A stretch of 62,177 nt of DNA, counting the filler, from Globobulimina sp. (taxonomy: Eukaryota): assembly GCA_003354225.1 (NCBI GenBank). It is 32 parts of 32 records of this genome, joined end to end, with 100 filler letters (N's around TTAATTAATTAA, not from the genome) between each part and the next. Parts side by side here need not be neighbours in the genome. Positions count along the whole stretch, not along the records: positions 46,718 to 48,562 come from PIVH01011297.1; positions 48,663 to 50,507 come from PIVH01011298.1; positions 50,608 to 52,452 come from PIVH01011299.1; positions 52,553 to 54,397 come from PIVH01011300.1; positions 54,498 to 56,342 come from PIVH01011301.1; positions 56,443 to 58,287 come from PIVH01011302.1; 26 more parts are not named here. The stretch is one strand, 5' to 3'. This document shows, piece after piece, positions 46,836 through 58,387 of this stretch. The notes under the pieces are model-generated. The model ran no database searches, was not told the origin of the DNA, and worked only from the letters and a program-made list of their open reading frames with translations. The position numbers were made by a program, and so were the translations under genes. Each line of letters opens with the position of its first letter. Position 1 is the first letter of the stretch.

Positions 46836-48456
46836 ATGACATATTGCATTGAGATAATATATTTTTATCCTATATTATGGGCGATTGGATGTACCTCATT
46901 TACCCTTAATTTTGTTCGGAATCGAACAAAAATATTTCAATATTTATTTCCTTTATATAGAACATGTAACATTTGTCAGCGTAAGAAAACCATTAAAATT
47001 CCACAACAGATTGAAATGAATGTAACGGTGGAAACAGAAACAGGAAAAAAGAGTGAGTTCGGAGAAACTGTCACAAAAATGATAAATTTATCCAGTATTC
47101 CAACTACTATGACCAGCACTGTTCACACTGCTTCTCCAGTTTCGTGCGAAAACGATATTAATATGGATCAGGATCCGGACATCGATGATATGCATAAAGA
47201 TGAAGATAAAATGATTTATTATGATTATGCAAATACACACTCAAATATGAAAACAAATGAGTTGCGACCAAACCACAACACATTGCAAGTAACAGTTGTA
47301 TTTCCAGACGACGATCACAATGAAGATGAACAGGAACAATTCACAGACGATGAAGATTTTATTGATATCCCAGCCAAAGTGAAAAGTTGCAAAGCTTTGG
47401 AATTGTTAGGTTTAACACCAAATACTCAATTTACACCGCAAAAGAATTTATATAAGACACATATTCCTAAAAACAAAAAGATAGATAAAGTACTACGTCA
47501 ATTACAGACAAACAGCAAATTTTCAGCGTTAAGATTGGCGATAACAACGCCCTTTACTTCAAAAAGGAAATTAGATTATAACGTTCAGAAAGCAAAAGTA
47601 GACATGAATCGTTGTCAAGAGCGAAATCAGCGAAGCATATCCGTTATGGATCCAATTCCAAATTGCCCATTTTTAAAAGAGACCAATCGAACAAAATCCG
47701 ATTACACAGTGACAGTCAGTAACGAATCTTTGAAAGAAGAAAAGGAGTTTCATACAAATGATGCAATTGAAATACAGATTGAATCAGAAGGAAATGAAGA
47801 TGTAAATGTTAAAAAAGTGCCAGAATTTTCAACTGAAATCACAAACAGTTAATTAAATATATGTAGTTTAAATTTTTTTGTTTCTATAGCAATTGTTTTT
47901 GATTTGCAAAGAGTTTGGGAGTGCATTGAAACCACCTCAACAATTTAGTTCTTCTGCGCCGAATTCACCGGAAAAGATTGCCGGTGATAAAAACAAAAAA
48001 AATAAATTCGGTGATGACACAGAAATTGATTATAGTTATCGTTTTTGTGTAAAACAAGAAAAAGAATGCGATATGCATTTAGAAAAGCCATTGCCAATAC
48101 CATTGTCATTACGTCACAGTGCATCAAAATCTGAGCAAAAACCGCGAGTTCAAAAATCCGCATTCGTTAAAACATTCGTTAGTAATTATACTGCTAATCG
48201 ACCAAATTCTGTTCGATTATTAAATGCAGATTCTCAAAAATCAAAGTCGTCCTCAAGTGTACAATTTGATCATAAAATAAAAAGAATTTGGGGAAAATCT
48301 AAATTAAAAAATGAAAAAAAAAAGAATTTGGATGTTGATGAATTTGTGGGTAGTTTGAATGTGTTAGTTATGCAGGGATTTTATTCCAAAAAAACGTTAA
48401 ATTCTATGCAGCAGTTAAGAAGATACAATAACTGTAATACAATAACAAAACAGTGA
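46836..48456 (+). CDS. Last TM helix and long disordered cytoplasmic tail of a membrane protein (intron about 47848-47910)
   Basis: Two adjacent hydrophilic ORFs separated by GT...AG AT-rich sequence. Confidence 0.5.
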
Positions 48457-48662
48457 GAAATGATCCGACAAACCTCTTTCTTTTTTAATATAATATTATA
48501 ATATTCGCATTAACCAATTGGTTGATATTGCCTCGTTATCTTTGTTACATTGTAAAGTATTTNNNNNNNNNNNNNNNNNNNNNNNNNNNNNNNNNNNNNN
48601 NNNNNNTTAATTAATTAANNNNNNNNNNNNNNNNNNNNNNNNNNNNNNNNNNNNNNNNNNNN

Positions 48663-49578
48663 TTTCTTCCTTTTGTTGCTCAAGCTCCGCTTTTAGTTCC
48701 TTTATTTGTTCAGCATCATATCCCCATCCACCATAATTTTGATAATAATCATCATAATTTGCATCGTCTTTGTCATTTAAATGTTCATTTGGAACTGCTA
48801 AACTTGAATAATATGTCAATAACCATTTTTTAACATTGTTTGGCACATTTAAATTTTTCAAATGTTTTAAGGTTCCACCAGTTTTATTTAAAGGAAATAA
48901 GTCATTCGCTTTGTGCCAGTTTTCATGTTCTAAGAAATCCGCTGTACTGTACACATAAACCATATTATCTGACATATCTTTTTTAAATATTAATGAATAC
49001 GGCATCATGTTAATAAACACACCATTTTGTTTTGAAATAAATCTGGCCGCCACAGTATTATGTACATCATAAACATTCATATTAATATTATCATCGGTAT
49101 GGAACATTGGATTTTGTTTAAATATCCATTTTTCAGTCTCATATTCCAATGGTAATTGTTGTAAATCCTTAATTAAAAACCCAATATCTCCGTTAGTATC
49201 CCATGGAATTATACTTTTATTGCGATGGGAACCTAACAATGAGCCATAATCTAAAAAATATATTAATCCGTCAGTCGGTTTGATGTTAAAATGGAATAAA
49301 TATTCACTCGGCAAAATGTCTGGTGATAAATAGGCGGTTTTCAACGATGATATGGATTTATTATTTTGTAGCCAATTAAACAATTCTTCAAATAAAAAAT
49401 ATAATGTCCCAATAGTCTGATTTCTATCGATATATCCTTTTGCATACTCCAAATCTAAATGATTAGCAACCTCTGATTCCTCAAAAAATTTCGTATTCCC
49501 ATGAACTTGATATAAACTAATTTTTGCGTGTTGTAGATCTTCCATATGCGATATTAATGTGTAGTTTGATGGGATCAA
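48663..49578 (-). CDS. LicD/fukutin-like phosphotransferase homolog
   Basis: YFLDYGSLLGSHRNKSIIPWDTNGDIG, ARFI, DLFPL, VPNN..WLLTYY. Confidence 0.8.
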
Positions 49579-49887
49579 AAAAAATATCGAATGAATCTCA
49601 ATCTAAATATAATTCAAAAACATAATTAATTATAAACATCATAATCTTAATAATATTATTCAAAAATTTATGACAATGCATGCTTTACAAACCATAATTA
49701 TCAAAACTATAATGGTTATAAAGATTAATCTCCATTTACTGCATTTAATTTTATTTACCAAATTAAACACTGTTTTAGACATTGTTTAAAAATGAACTGA
49801 CTAACTTTGTGCAAGGATATAACAAATCCGTTGGAGTCCGGTTGGACCACACACGTTGCAAACATACTTGTTTTAGTTGTTTAACAA

Positions 49888-50330
49888 TTAACATACAGAA
49901 TATATTGGTTCCTCGCCTTTAAATACATTCTCAATATTTTGTGCCGCGATGACAGCCATTTTAATTCTAGTGGCCATAGATCCCGATCCAATATGTGGCA
50001 AAATAGTAACATTCTCCAATTTCAATAATTCATGATCCAACGGTAAAGGTTCAGGACTGGTCACATCCAATCCGGCACACAGAATCTCTCCATTTTTTAG
50101 AGCACGCCCCAATGACTCCTGACACACAACATCTCCACGACTGACATTGATAAATACCGCATCGTTCTTCATCCTCTCAAATTCTTTATCTTTGAATAAA
50201 TGCTTTGTATCCTCATTTAAAGGACATAGTGGAACCACATAATCACTCTCAGATAACAAGCTATCAAAATCCACAAATTGAGCACCGAGTGTTTTTCCGT
50301 GCTTATTTTCTATGCCCGACGCGTTACAAT
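49888..50330 (-). CDS. GRHPR: Glyoxylate/hydroxypyruvate reductase C-terminal half
   Basis: SDYVVPLCPLNEDT, MKNDAVFINVSRGDVV, AGLDVTSPEPLP, LPHIGSG. Confidence 0.8.
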
Positions 50331-50607
50331 TAGCATTGAATACACTCCAAGTAGACTGGAAAGACAAGTTTTTTGAATTTGCATTAATTTATGATCTATG
50401 AGTTCCTGGACGTATCATTATAGAATGTACAGATCCATTCCACAATTCTCTACCATCAGCATATCCGGCTCCAATGGTAACAACATTACTGTGGCATGAA
50501 GACCTTTNNNNNNNNNNNNNNNNNNNNNNNNNNNNNNNNNNNNNNNNNNNNTTAATTAATTAANNNNNNNNNNNNNNNNNNNNNNNNNNNNNNNNNNNNN
50601 NNNNNNN

Positions 50608-52452
50608 GTGGGACATGGTGTGATTTGGTGTGGTTTATGCGTTGGATTAGGTGTTGGGTTAGGCGTCGGATCAGATGTTGTTGGCGTATTTGTTGGCTGT
50701 TTTGTTGGCTGTTTTGTTGGATTCATTGACGTTGGACTGGCTGTTGGACTCCATGTTTTTCTGTGCACTTCGCCAGTTGGATTATGCGTTAACGTTGGTT
50801 TTGCTGTCGGAGAAGGAGAGGGTTGATACCATACAGAATTTGGCTTTTTGGTTGGATTTGTTGTTGAAACTTCTGCGGAATCAGTGTTTGAAATCCCTGT
50901 TGGAACTTTAGTTGGGTTTGGTGTAGGCTCAGGTGTGGGAAAAATCGTTGTTGGGTTCGATGTTTGTTCAAATGTTGGCATTTCTGTTGGGAAATCAGTC
51001 GGGAAATCAGTTGGGAAATCAGTTGGTAAAATTGTCGGATTTGCAGCAGGTGTACCAGTTGGATTTGAGCATATTTCATCACGGATAATTGGCACTAACT
51101 CTTGTAATTCAGGGTAGAACTCAACGATTGGAATATGATAAACCCTCTGCTTATCCCATCCCACTAAACACATGATATAATAGCTAGGGGCCATATTGTT
51201 CAAATTTATCATGATTACCTCCATGTTATCTAACTGTATTTTATCTGCATGCAATGCACATAGTTCCTGTTGTTGCTGCGAGTTTAAATAATTATTGCTA
51301 ATAATTACTATTTTTTTATCCCTTTCTTCCTCATCCGAGTGACCAATATCTTCAAACTGTTGGTATGCAGTTTGCAATGCCGCATTTAAATCGTTATAAC
51401 CATCACTTGCTATATTGGTAATACACGACCGTCCGCGTATATATTTGTATAATAAAGTCATAAAATCCTGTCGTGGTTTGCTGTCAAGGAGGTTAAAAGG
51501 TTGCGCATCCAGAGTAATATCGATTTTCTGAGAGCTGCCGTCAAATCGAATATAGGCAGCGCGTACGATATTGTTTGCACCTTTGACCGAGCTATATAGC
51601 TCTGTTATAAATTCACTTTGTGAGTCACATTCCGCATTTGATATATTCAATGAGGTATCCACTAAGAAAATAATATCTAATTTCCCTCCATTCTCACAAC
51701 TCTCCGTATTTGGTGATCGGGTGGGATATTTTGTCGGCCATTTGGTCGGTGTTTGAGCTGTTTTTCATAATTGAGATCAATGCACAGTGGGATAGAGTAT
51801 ATAGTTTAACTTGGAACTGATGATGGATATTCTGATGGGAAATTCCTTGGATTTTTAGTTGGTGATTCTGATGGGAAATATGTGGGCATTTCTGTTGGGA
51901 AATCTGTTGGGAAATTTGTCGGATTTATAGTTGGTGATTCTGTTGGGAAATTTGATGGGAAATCTGTTGGAATTTCTGTTGGGAAATCTGTTGGGAAATC
52001 AGTTGGTAAAATTGTCGGATTTGCAGTAGGTGTACCAGTCGGATTGGAGCATATTTCATCACGGATAATTGGTACTAACTCTTGTAATTCAGGGTAGAAC
52101 TCAACGATTGGGATATGATAAACCCTCTGCTTATCCCATCCAACTAAACACATGATATAATTGCTAGGTGCCATATTGTTCAAATTTATCATGATTACAT
52201 CCATGTTATCTGACTGTATTTTATCTGCATTCAATGCACATAGTTCCTGTTGTTGCTGTGAGTTTAGATAATTATTGCTAATAATTACTATTTTTTTATC
52301 CCTTTCTTCCTCATCCGAATGACCAATATCTTCAAACTGTTGGTATGCAGCTTGCAATGCCGCATTTAAATCGTTATAACCATCACTTGCTATGTTGGTA
52401 ATACACGACCTTCCGCGTATATATTTGTATAATAAAGTCATAAAATCCTGTC
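50608..52452 (-). CDS. Tandem vWA-like domains separated by PT/PTDF repeats (intron 51758-51810), partial at both ends
   Basis: Two near-identical domain copies joined in frame by a GT-AG intron; LDIIFLVDTS and KKIVIISN strands. Confidence 0.75.
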
Positions 52453-52552
52453 NNNNNNNNNNNNNNNNNNNNNNNNNNNNNNNNNNNNNNNNNNNNTTAA
52501 TTAATTAANNNNNNNNNNNNNNNNNNNNNNNNNNNNNNNNNNNNNNNNNNNN

Positions 52553-53493
52553 CTGCTTTATTTTTGTTTTCAATATCACAGATTCCACACAGATTACAAC
52601 AAGATATCATTCCGCAACACAACTTTTCATAATATTTGTTATCTGCATAATATGGAGTCATTAATACCATGCATATCGAATTTATAACTTCATCCATTTT
52701 AACAAGGAAATAAGAAAAGTATGTTAGCTGCAAAAATGTCAACATAATAATCGATGATATACTGGCTGTTGCAGTCAATATCGTTGCTTTCAATCCAATT
52801 GTAACCAATTTATTACCAATATATGTGTCATGAGCTTGAGTGTGTTTGATATAATTTATATTTTTTATCAACGGATACAAAAAAGCCGCAATGAATCCAA
52901 ATGATGCAAAAAATTCCAAAAACAGTACGGATGATATCACAAATTTATTGAAATATGGATGGCAAATCACTCCAATTTCATTGTAAATAAATGGATTCAT
53001 TGTAGATGTCAATGGATGGATTATATTTGCTGTGAATATAGCAATGATAATTATGATTGCAACAGCTATTAAATATTTCCTTTTGTATGCATACGATGAT
53101 GATTTAAAAACCATATCCAATCTCAACAAAAATACAAAATACATAAACAATTTAGCACTGAAATATATATCAGCTAACAATATGGTAATAATTTTACAAT
53201 ATGGTAAGGGAATGACTCGTAATCCTGTAATCCAATCCAATTGCAATCTGGTGGTAAATAACAGAATTGAGAACAATGAAAACCATGACAATAATTTATA
53301 TTCTAAAGTAATTTGTGGCAATGACTCGCGATGAGATAATGAACTTCTTGATTTCGTGTATAAATCAGAAATAATATTTTTGCAATGTATAACATCAACG
53401 ATACTTAAAAAAAATGCAGCAATTTAATATTGTTATAATCCAATGACTCCACCAAAACCAACTTGCATTCTCCCAATCCATCAAACCACTCAT
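52553..53493 (-). CDS. GPCR-like 7TM protein with apparent frameshift at the A8 run (53407-53414)
   Basis: TM helices, FLLRLDMVFKSSSYAY, DEVINSICMVLM; the ATG at 53493 is out of frame by 1 nt. Confidence 0.7.
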
Positions 53494-53871
53494 CTTAATT
53501 GTTTATTATTATATAATATCGCTGTGGTTTGATAACACAATGTACTCTTAATGCACTTTAATCAGCCAAACTCACATTTTCAACACAAAGTGTTTTTGAA
53601 TTTAAGTGTATTTAAAAACATCCCACTACTACAGGCTACAAGAATACTAAAATAGAAGAATATGTAACCAAGCTGAAAACCTGGTTCAGTTCGAGTGCCA
53701 TATGCGTACAGCATCTACAGAGCTCAGGTATTGTTGCTTATGTATATCTATGGCTAATAGAAGAATTAGAAAAAAATTTAAAACTTATGGATTTGCACAT
53801 CGATGATCGATCATACCTAGGACCTACGGTGCAATTTTAATTACGTCATTTACCTGTGTTTAATATGATTT

Positions 53872-53994
53872 AATATGAATCACTTCGAATTAAAAGCTTA
53901 GAACGTGACAGCAATCACAGCACGAGAATGCGTAAGATGTAAACAAAAAACGTTTTGCCGTGTTCTAAGCTTTTAATTCGCAGTGATTCATATT
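53872..53994. mobile_element. Foldback/MITE-like element with 33-bp inverted repeats
   Basis: 53872-53904 vs 53962-53994 pair at 32 of 33 positions. Confidence 0.7.
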
Positions 53995-54169
53995 TATGAT
54001 GTTTTTTTATTTTAAAATAAAATTGCACCAAACATTAATTAATCGAATACAATACCTGCAAATACACAGTTCTTTAAACAAAAAAAAAAGCAACAAAAAG
54101 TTAATTTGCATAAAACAATAACATTTGATTGATTTTTCACTTTCTTTTTGTTTTCTTTTAAATATTTGC

Positions 54170-54397
54170 TCATCGTCTATCATATCTGTCATACCTATCC
54201 CCTCTGTCCCCTCTGTCCCCTCTGTCCCGATCCCCACCTCTTTGGTTTTCATACCTACCGCCACCACTCCCTCCTCCTCCACCTCCTCCTCCATATCTAT
54301 CCCCTCTGTCTCTGTCCCGCTCTCTCTCTCTATCTCTATCTCTATCCCTTCTATTGTCCCCACCCGAATATCCACCATGGCCGCCGCCTCTACCTCG
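54170..54397 (-). CDS. RGG/RD-rich C-terminal tail of a probable RNA-binding or splicing protein
   Basis: Reads RGRGGGHGGYSGGDNRRDRDRDRERERDRDRGDRYGGGG...RYDRYDRR*. Confidence 0.7.
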   Translation of the reverse strand, partial: RGRGGGHGGYSGGDNRRDRDRDRERERDRDRGDRYGGGGGGGGSGGGRYENQRGGDRDRGDRGDRGDRYDRYDRR

Positions 54398-54497
54398 NNN
54401 NNNNNNNNNNNNNNNNNNNNNNNNNNNNNNNNNNNNNNNNNTTAATTAATTAANNNNNNNNNNNNNNNNNNNNNNNNNNNNNNNNNNNNNNNNNNNN

Positions 54498-54978
54498 TAT
54501 GGAGTTATCGATCCTTGCACTCATTTTTTATTTTTTATTTTATTTTAAGATATTTAAAGAAATTGAATGCAGAGTAAAAGAATCCGGACAATTTAAATCT
54601 GGAGATATTGATATGAATGACATAAAAAATAAGAATGTGTTGAATGGTTTATGCAATGCATGGAATTTAAGCGTCTGTCCATCCAACGCAATCTTGGGAG
54701 GATATTTAGCAAATTTTGTGATGTTTTATGTTCAAAGAAAGCAGAAGCCATTGTATAATTTTTTATTTTTTGATATGTGGAGTTGTGAGGCATTGGAGGT
54801 TTTAATGCGAAATGAAAAAGAAGAAATTATACAAAAAGTAAATCACAATAGTAATAAAATGGAGATTGATGAGATTGATAATAATGAATCAAATGAAGTG
54901 GATAAAAACATGAAAAACAATGAAATTGTATTGTTAGATGAGTCTGATGACAATGACGATTTTGACCTCGCAAAATAA
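54498..54978 (+). CDS. E1-like (SAE1/Aos1-type) C-terminal fragment
   Basis: SVCPSNAILGGYLANFV...KPLYNFLFFD resembles PVCAVVGG.LAQE...P.NNFFFFD. Confidence 0.55.
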
Positions 54979-55471
54979 ACATTTACAAACTCATTTACTT
55001 TAAACTGATGATATTTTTTTGCGTCGATCTATATTATCTCAGCACACCGTGTGCGTACTGCGCAATATATATTATGGCAAAACAAAGTAATATTAATTCT
55101 CATACTACCTTAATATATCATTTTGTTTGAGATATGAATCGTTTTCTTGTTGTAGTTTAGCTGCAATATTATCTTCTTTTTCGTCTAATTCATTTTGTAA
55201 TGCACTTATTTCCATTTCATTCATTGATAATAATATATCCTCGGTTTCTTGATTTATATCGCTTGTCTCATCTTTATTTAATTTCTGTGCCATGGTTTGT
55301 TGAAACCTGCCAAGTTGGCTCACGCTTTTGCTTTTTTTCATTTCTTACAAGGTTATCAAACAAACGCCAATGTTTTCAAACGTTGGTTGGTAACGACTTT
55401 GTCATAACAACCAACATTTGAAAGCCTTGTACATTCAAATGCTTTTTTTTACAAATGTAACAACTTTAAAA

Positions 55472-56266
55472 CTAAAATGTATATTGAAGTTCTTTGTTTT
55501 GCCTCAAACGTCTTGCAATTTGCATGTCTTGTCTTTCAATTTTAATTCTGTCCGTATGTAATGCGCATAAATTTGTATCCTTTAATATTCCGACAATATG
55601 CCATTCTGAAACCTGTTGCAATGCCTCCAATGCAGCGCTGGAAAATCTTAAATCATGTTTATACTCCGCAGCAATTTCACGTACTAATCGACCAAATGTT
55701 GCTTTAGGTAACAATAAATTTGTACACTTTTGATATTTTCCTATTTCTCTCATTGCCACACTTGCCGTTCCATACATTCTCCTTTGCTTATTAGAGTGTG
55801 ATGAAACATATCGTTTTCTTGGTCTTGCACCCAAATCCATTGTATTTACAGTGTTTGCAGAGACTACAACTTTGTGTGTGAAACGCACAGATTTTTTGGA
55901 CTTTGAGCGTGCTGATTTTCTTCTTACTGTTTTTTTTGGTGCTGGTTTGGAAATAATATGTGTAATATTTGGATTTGAAGGCCATGTGGATTTTGGTTGT
56001 GATGCAGTGTTTATATCAACAATATCATTAAATGATGATTTGAGATGAACAGATTGGTCCACTTGCTTTTGTTCTTGAAACGAATACCTTGCAGTTGCTG
56101 AAGAACCACGCCTCATACAACCAAAATTTGTCACACTCCATGGATCGTCATCTCGTTGCCTGTAAATTCTATTCCATCGATTTGGTAATGACTCTGTAGT
56201 GTTGTTAGTGTTTCTTGGCATAAACCCGCCTGTTGGCTTTCTTGCAGTTTGTTTTGTTCGTGCCAT
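55472..56266 (-). CDS. Divergent histone H3 variant with long tail insertion
   Basis: MARTKQTARKPTGG start; histone fold AMREIGKYQKCTNLLLPKATFGRLVREIA...DLRF...DTNLCALH...DMQIARRLR. Confidence 0.9.
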   Translation of the reverse strand: MARTKQTARKPTGGFMPRNTNNTTESLPNRWNRIYRQRDDDPWSVTNFGCMRRGSSATARYSFQEQKQVDQSVHLKSSFNDIVDINTASQPKSTWPSNPNITHIISKPAPKKTVRRKSARSKSKKSVRFTHKVVVSANTVNTMDLGARPRKRYVSSHSNKQRRMYGTASVAMREIGKYQKCTNLLLPKATFGRLVREIAAEYKHDLRFSSAALEALQQVSEWHIVGILKDTNLCALHTDRIKIERQDMQIARRLRQNKELQYTF

Positions 56267-56442
56267 GCCAGTGTTGCTGAGTTGAGTTTGAGTAAAAATT
56301 TGTTTACACCTTTCAAGAACGGTATCCCTTAATTCGCTATGTNNNNNNNNNNNNNNNNNNNNNNNNNNNNNNNNNNNNNNNNNNNNTTAATTAATTAANN
56401 NNNNNNNNNNNNNNNNNNNNNNNNNNNNNNNNNNNNNNNNNN

Positions 56443-58098
56443 TGTAAATGATTTCCATTTTGCAGTAACATTCCATGACATACATACAGAATATATCGGA
56501 TGGCAAAAGCCATCCAGGCATTGATAATCGGCACCACACGTTTCTGTGCACACTGATAAGTTGGCAGCGGCGCAGTGATTAACATCTATCGACCAATAAT
56601 CTACGCAACTTTGTTGAGCAAACACACCCAAACAAAATGAGGACTCGTTGAATGTGGCTGGCGGAGCACCACATATTCCGGCAACTTCGTCGCTAAATAT
56701 TGCATACATTTCGCCGTTACAATCTATATTGGCAGTGCATGGATCACCGGGATTGCCATATTCTGCTGGACATATTCCACAGGATCTGCCGCAAACATTA
56801 TTCAGCTCAGCATTTTCGCATTGCGTTGCTACATTATTCTCGACAAAAGTGCGAGGTAAGTTGGATAGAGCAGGGCAACTTTGCTCTGCCGAGAATGGGC
56901 CCCAATAATTATACATATCATTGCATTCTGCATATCGTATATTTAGCATAATGCATTGCTGAACAATATCTGAATCAGCAACAAAATCTGCAATTAAAAT
57001 GTTAGCAAACCATAGCTTTGGATAACTGTTAATAAATGAATGTAGCTGTCGACCGAATTGCGAATTGAATGCAAACCAAGAGCTATAAAAATATTTTTCG
57101 ACGAATGTACTGCTTAATAACGGTACGTGATGCATTAAATGTAACTTATTTTGAGGCCATCCATATCTCAAACCATCAACGATTAAACCTTGTGATTCAG
57201 AAACTGGGTCAACAGCATTTGTTTTGTCTGATGAATCAGGATTTGCTGTAACATGTAGATATAAATCAGAATCATAAAACCATTCTGTAAATACTGCGGT
57301 TGTGGAAGGAAAGCGATCAGTGAATATAATTATATTTACATTGTTTGATGCTAATTGAGATATAGTTTGCGTTGTGATGTCATATAGATTGGGTTTGATA
57401 ATTTTTGAGTGTATTGGATGTTGAATAATAATATTGAATAAACCTTCTAATTGTGATTCAATATTGGAAGGAGTGCGCGTGGTAAAGTCGTTTAAATGTA
57501 GAATAATTATTTCGTTTCGTGTGTTGCTCTCTGTTATAAATTTATTGATTCCATTTAGTATCTTAATTATTCAAATTCGTTTGTGTGTGGAAACAAATTA
57601 ATTTAATATACTTTGGAGTTGGACGTGTTAGAAAACACTTTTTTGGAGATTGTTGATGAAAATTAGAAATATTAATTGTTTTTTTTTAACTTTGTTGACC
57701 GGCTGACCATATAAACCATTATGTGCATAATAGGTGGAAGCTGCAGCATATTCAAATTGTAAATCTAAATATCGTATGCCACTCATTAATAAATTATATA
57801 TTGGCAATCGCTGTCTTTGTGCCCAATCTCTTTGTTGCTGCAAATTTTCAAATATTTGTAAAGCAGTGTTAAAATGATCATTTGCTTGCAATGAAAATGC
57901 AGTGGGAGCAATATCTGATGGACTGGACCAAGTCATGCCTGCTTTGTGAGCGCCTGGCAAAACAATTTCAAATATTGTTTTGGTTGAGATTTGTGATGAT
58001 AATGTGTTCATCCATGTTGCAAACTTATATTCTTCAGATATTACTCTTGTTAGCGATAAAATAATTCCTAAAAATCCAATCAGTGTGTTAACATTCAT
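56443..58098 (-). CDS. Secreted PI-PLC X-domain protein with Cys-rich/ShK-like C-terminus (intron 57562-57690), 3'-partial
   Basis: Signal peptide, LPGAHKAG, Q..PIYNLLMSGIRYLDL, HNG, NEIIILHL; exon 2 is open into CGRSCGIC. Confidence 0.8.
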
Positions 58099-58387
58099 TA
58101 CTTTTGAGTAGTTAAAAATGATTTGAGTGCAGTCAAAAGCCGAGTAACGCGTTACCAGTGAGCAAACCCTTAAAGTTCACGGAGTGAGCTACTCATTATT
58201 TACTATTAAGCTTTTTGAATTGTTCACCAATTTGGTGGTATAATTATTACAACTTTTTAGTGTGATTAATGTGATATACTTTATTTTNNNNNNNNNNNNN
58301 NNNNNNNNNNNNNNNNNNNNNNNNNNNNNNNTTAATTAATTAANNNNNNNNNNNNNNNNNNNNNNNNNNNNNNNNNNNNNNNNNNNN

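Noticed and set aside
50608-52097. Plus-strand Val/Gly-rich ORFs (also at 27538-27804)
   Set aside because: Antisense shadows of Pro/Thr repeats on the minus strand.
53407-53414. Programmed frameshift in the GPCR-like gene
   Set aside because: The 1-nt offset falls in an A8 homopolymer, so a sequencing error or simple indel is more parsimonious.
54007-54453. Three track ORFs over the purine-rich repeat
   Set aside because: The plausible frame is the minus-strand RGG/RD tail ending at 54170; the others are shadows.
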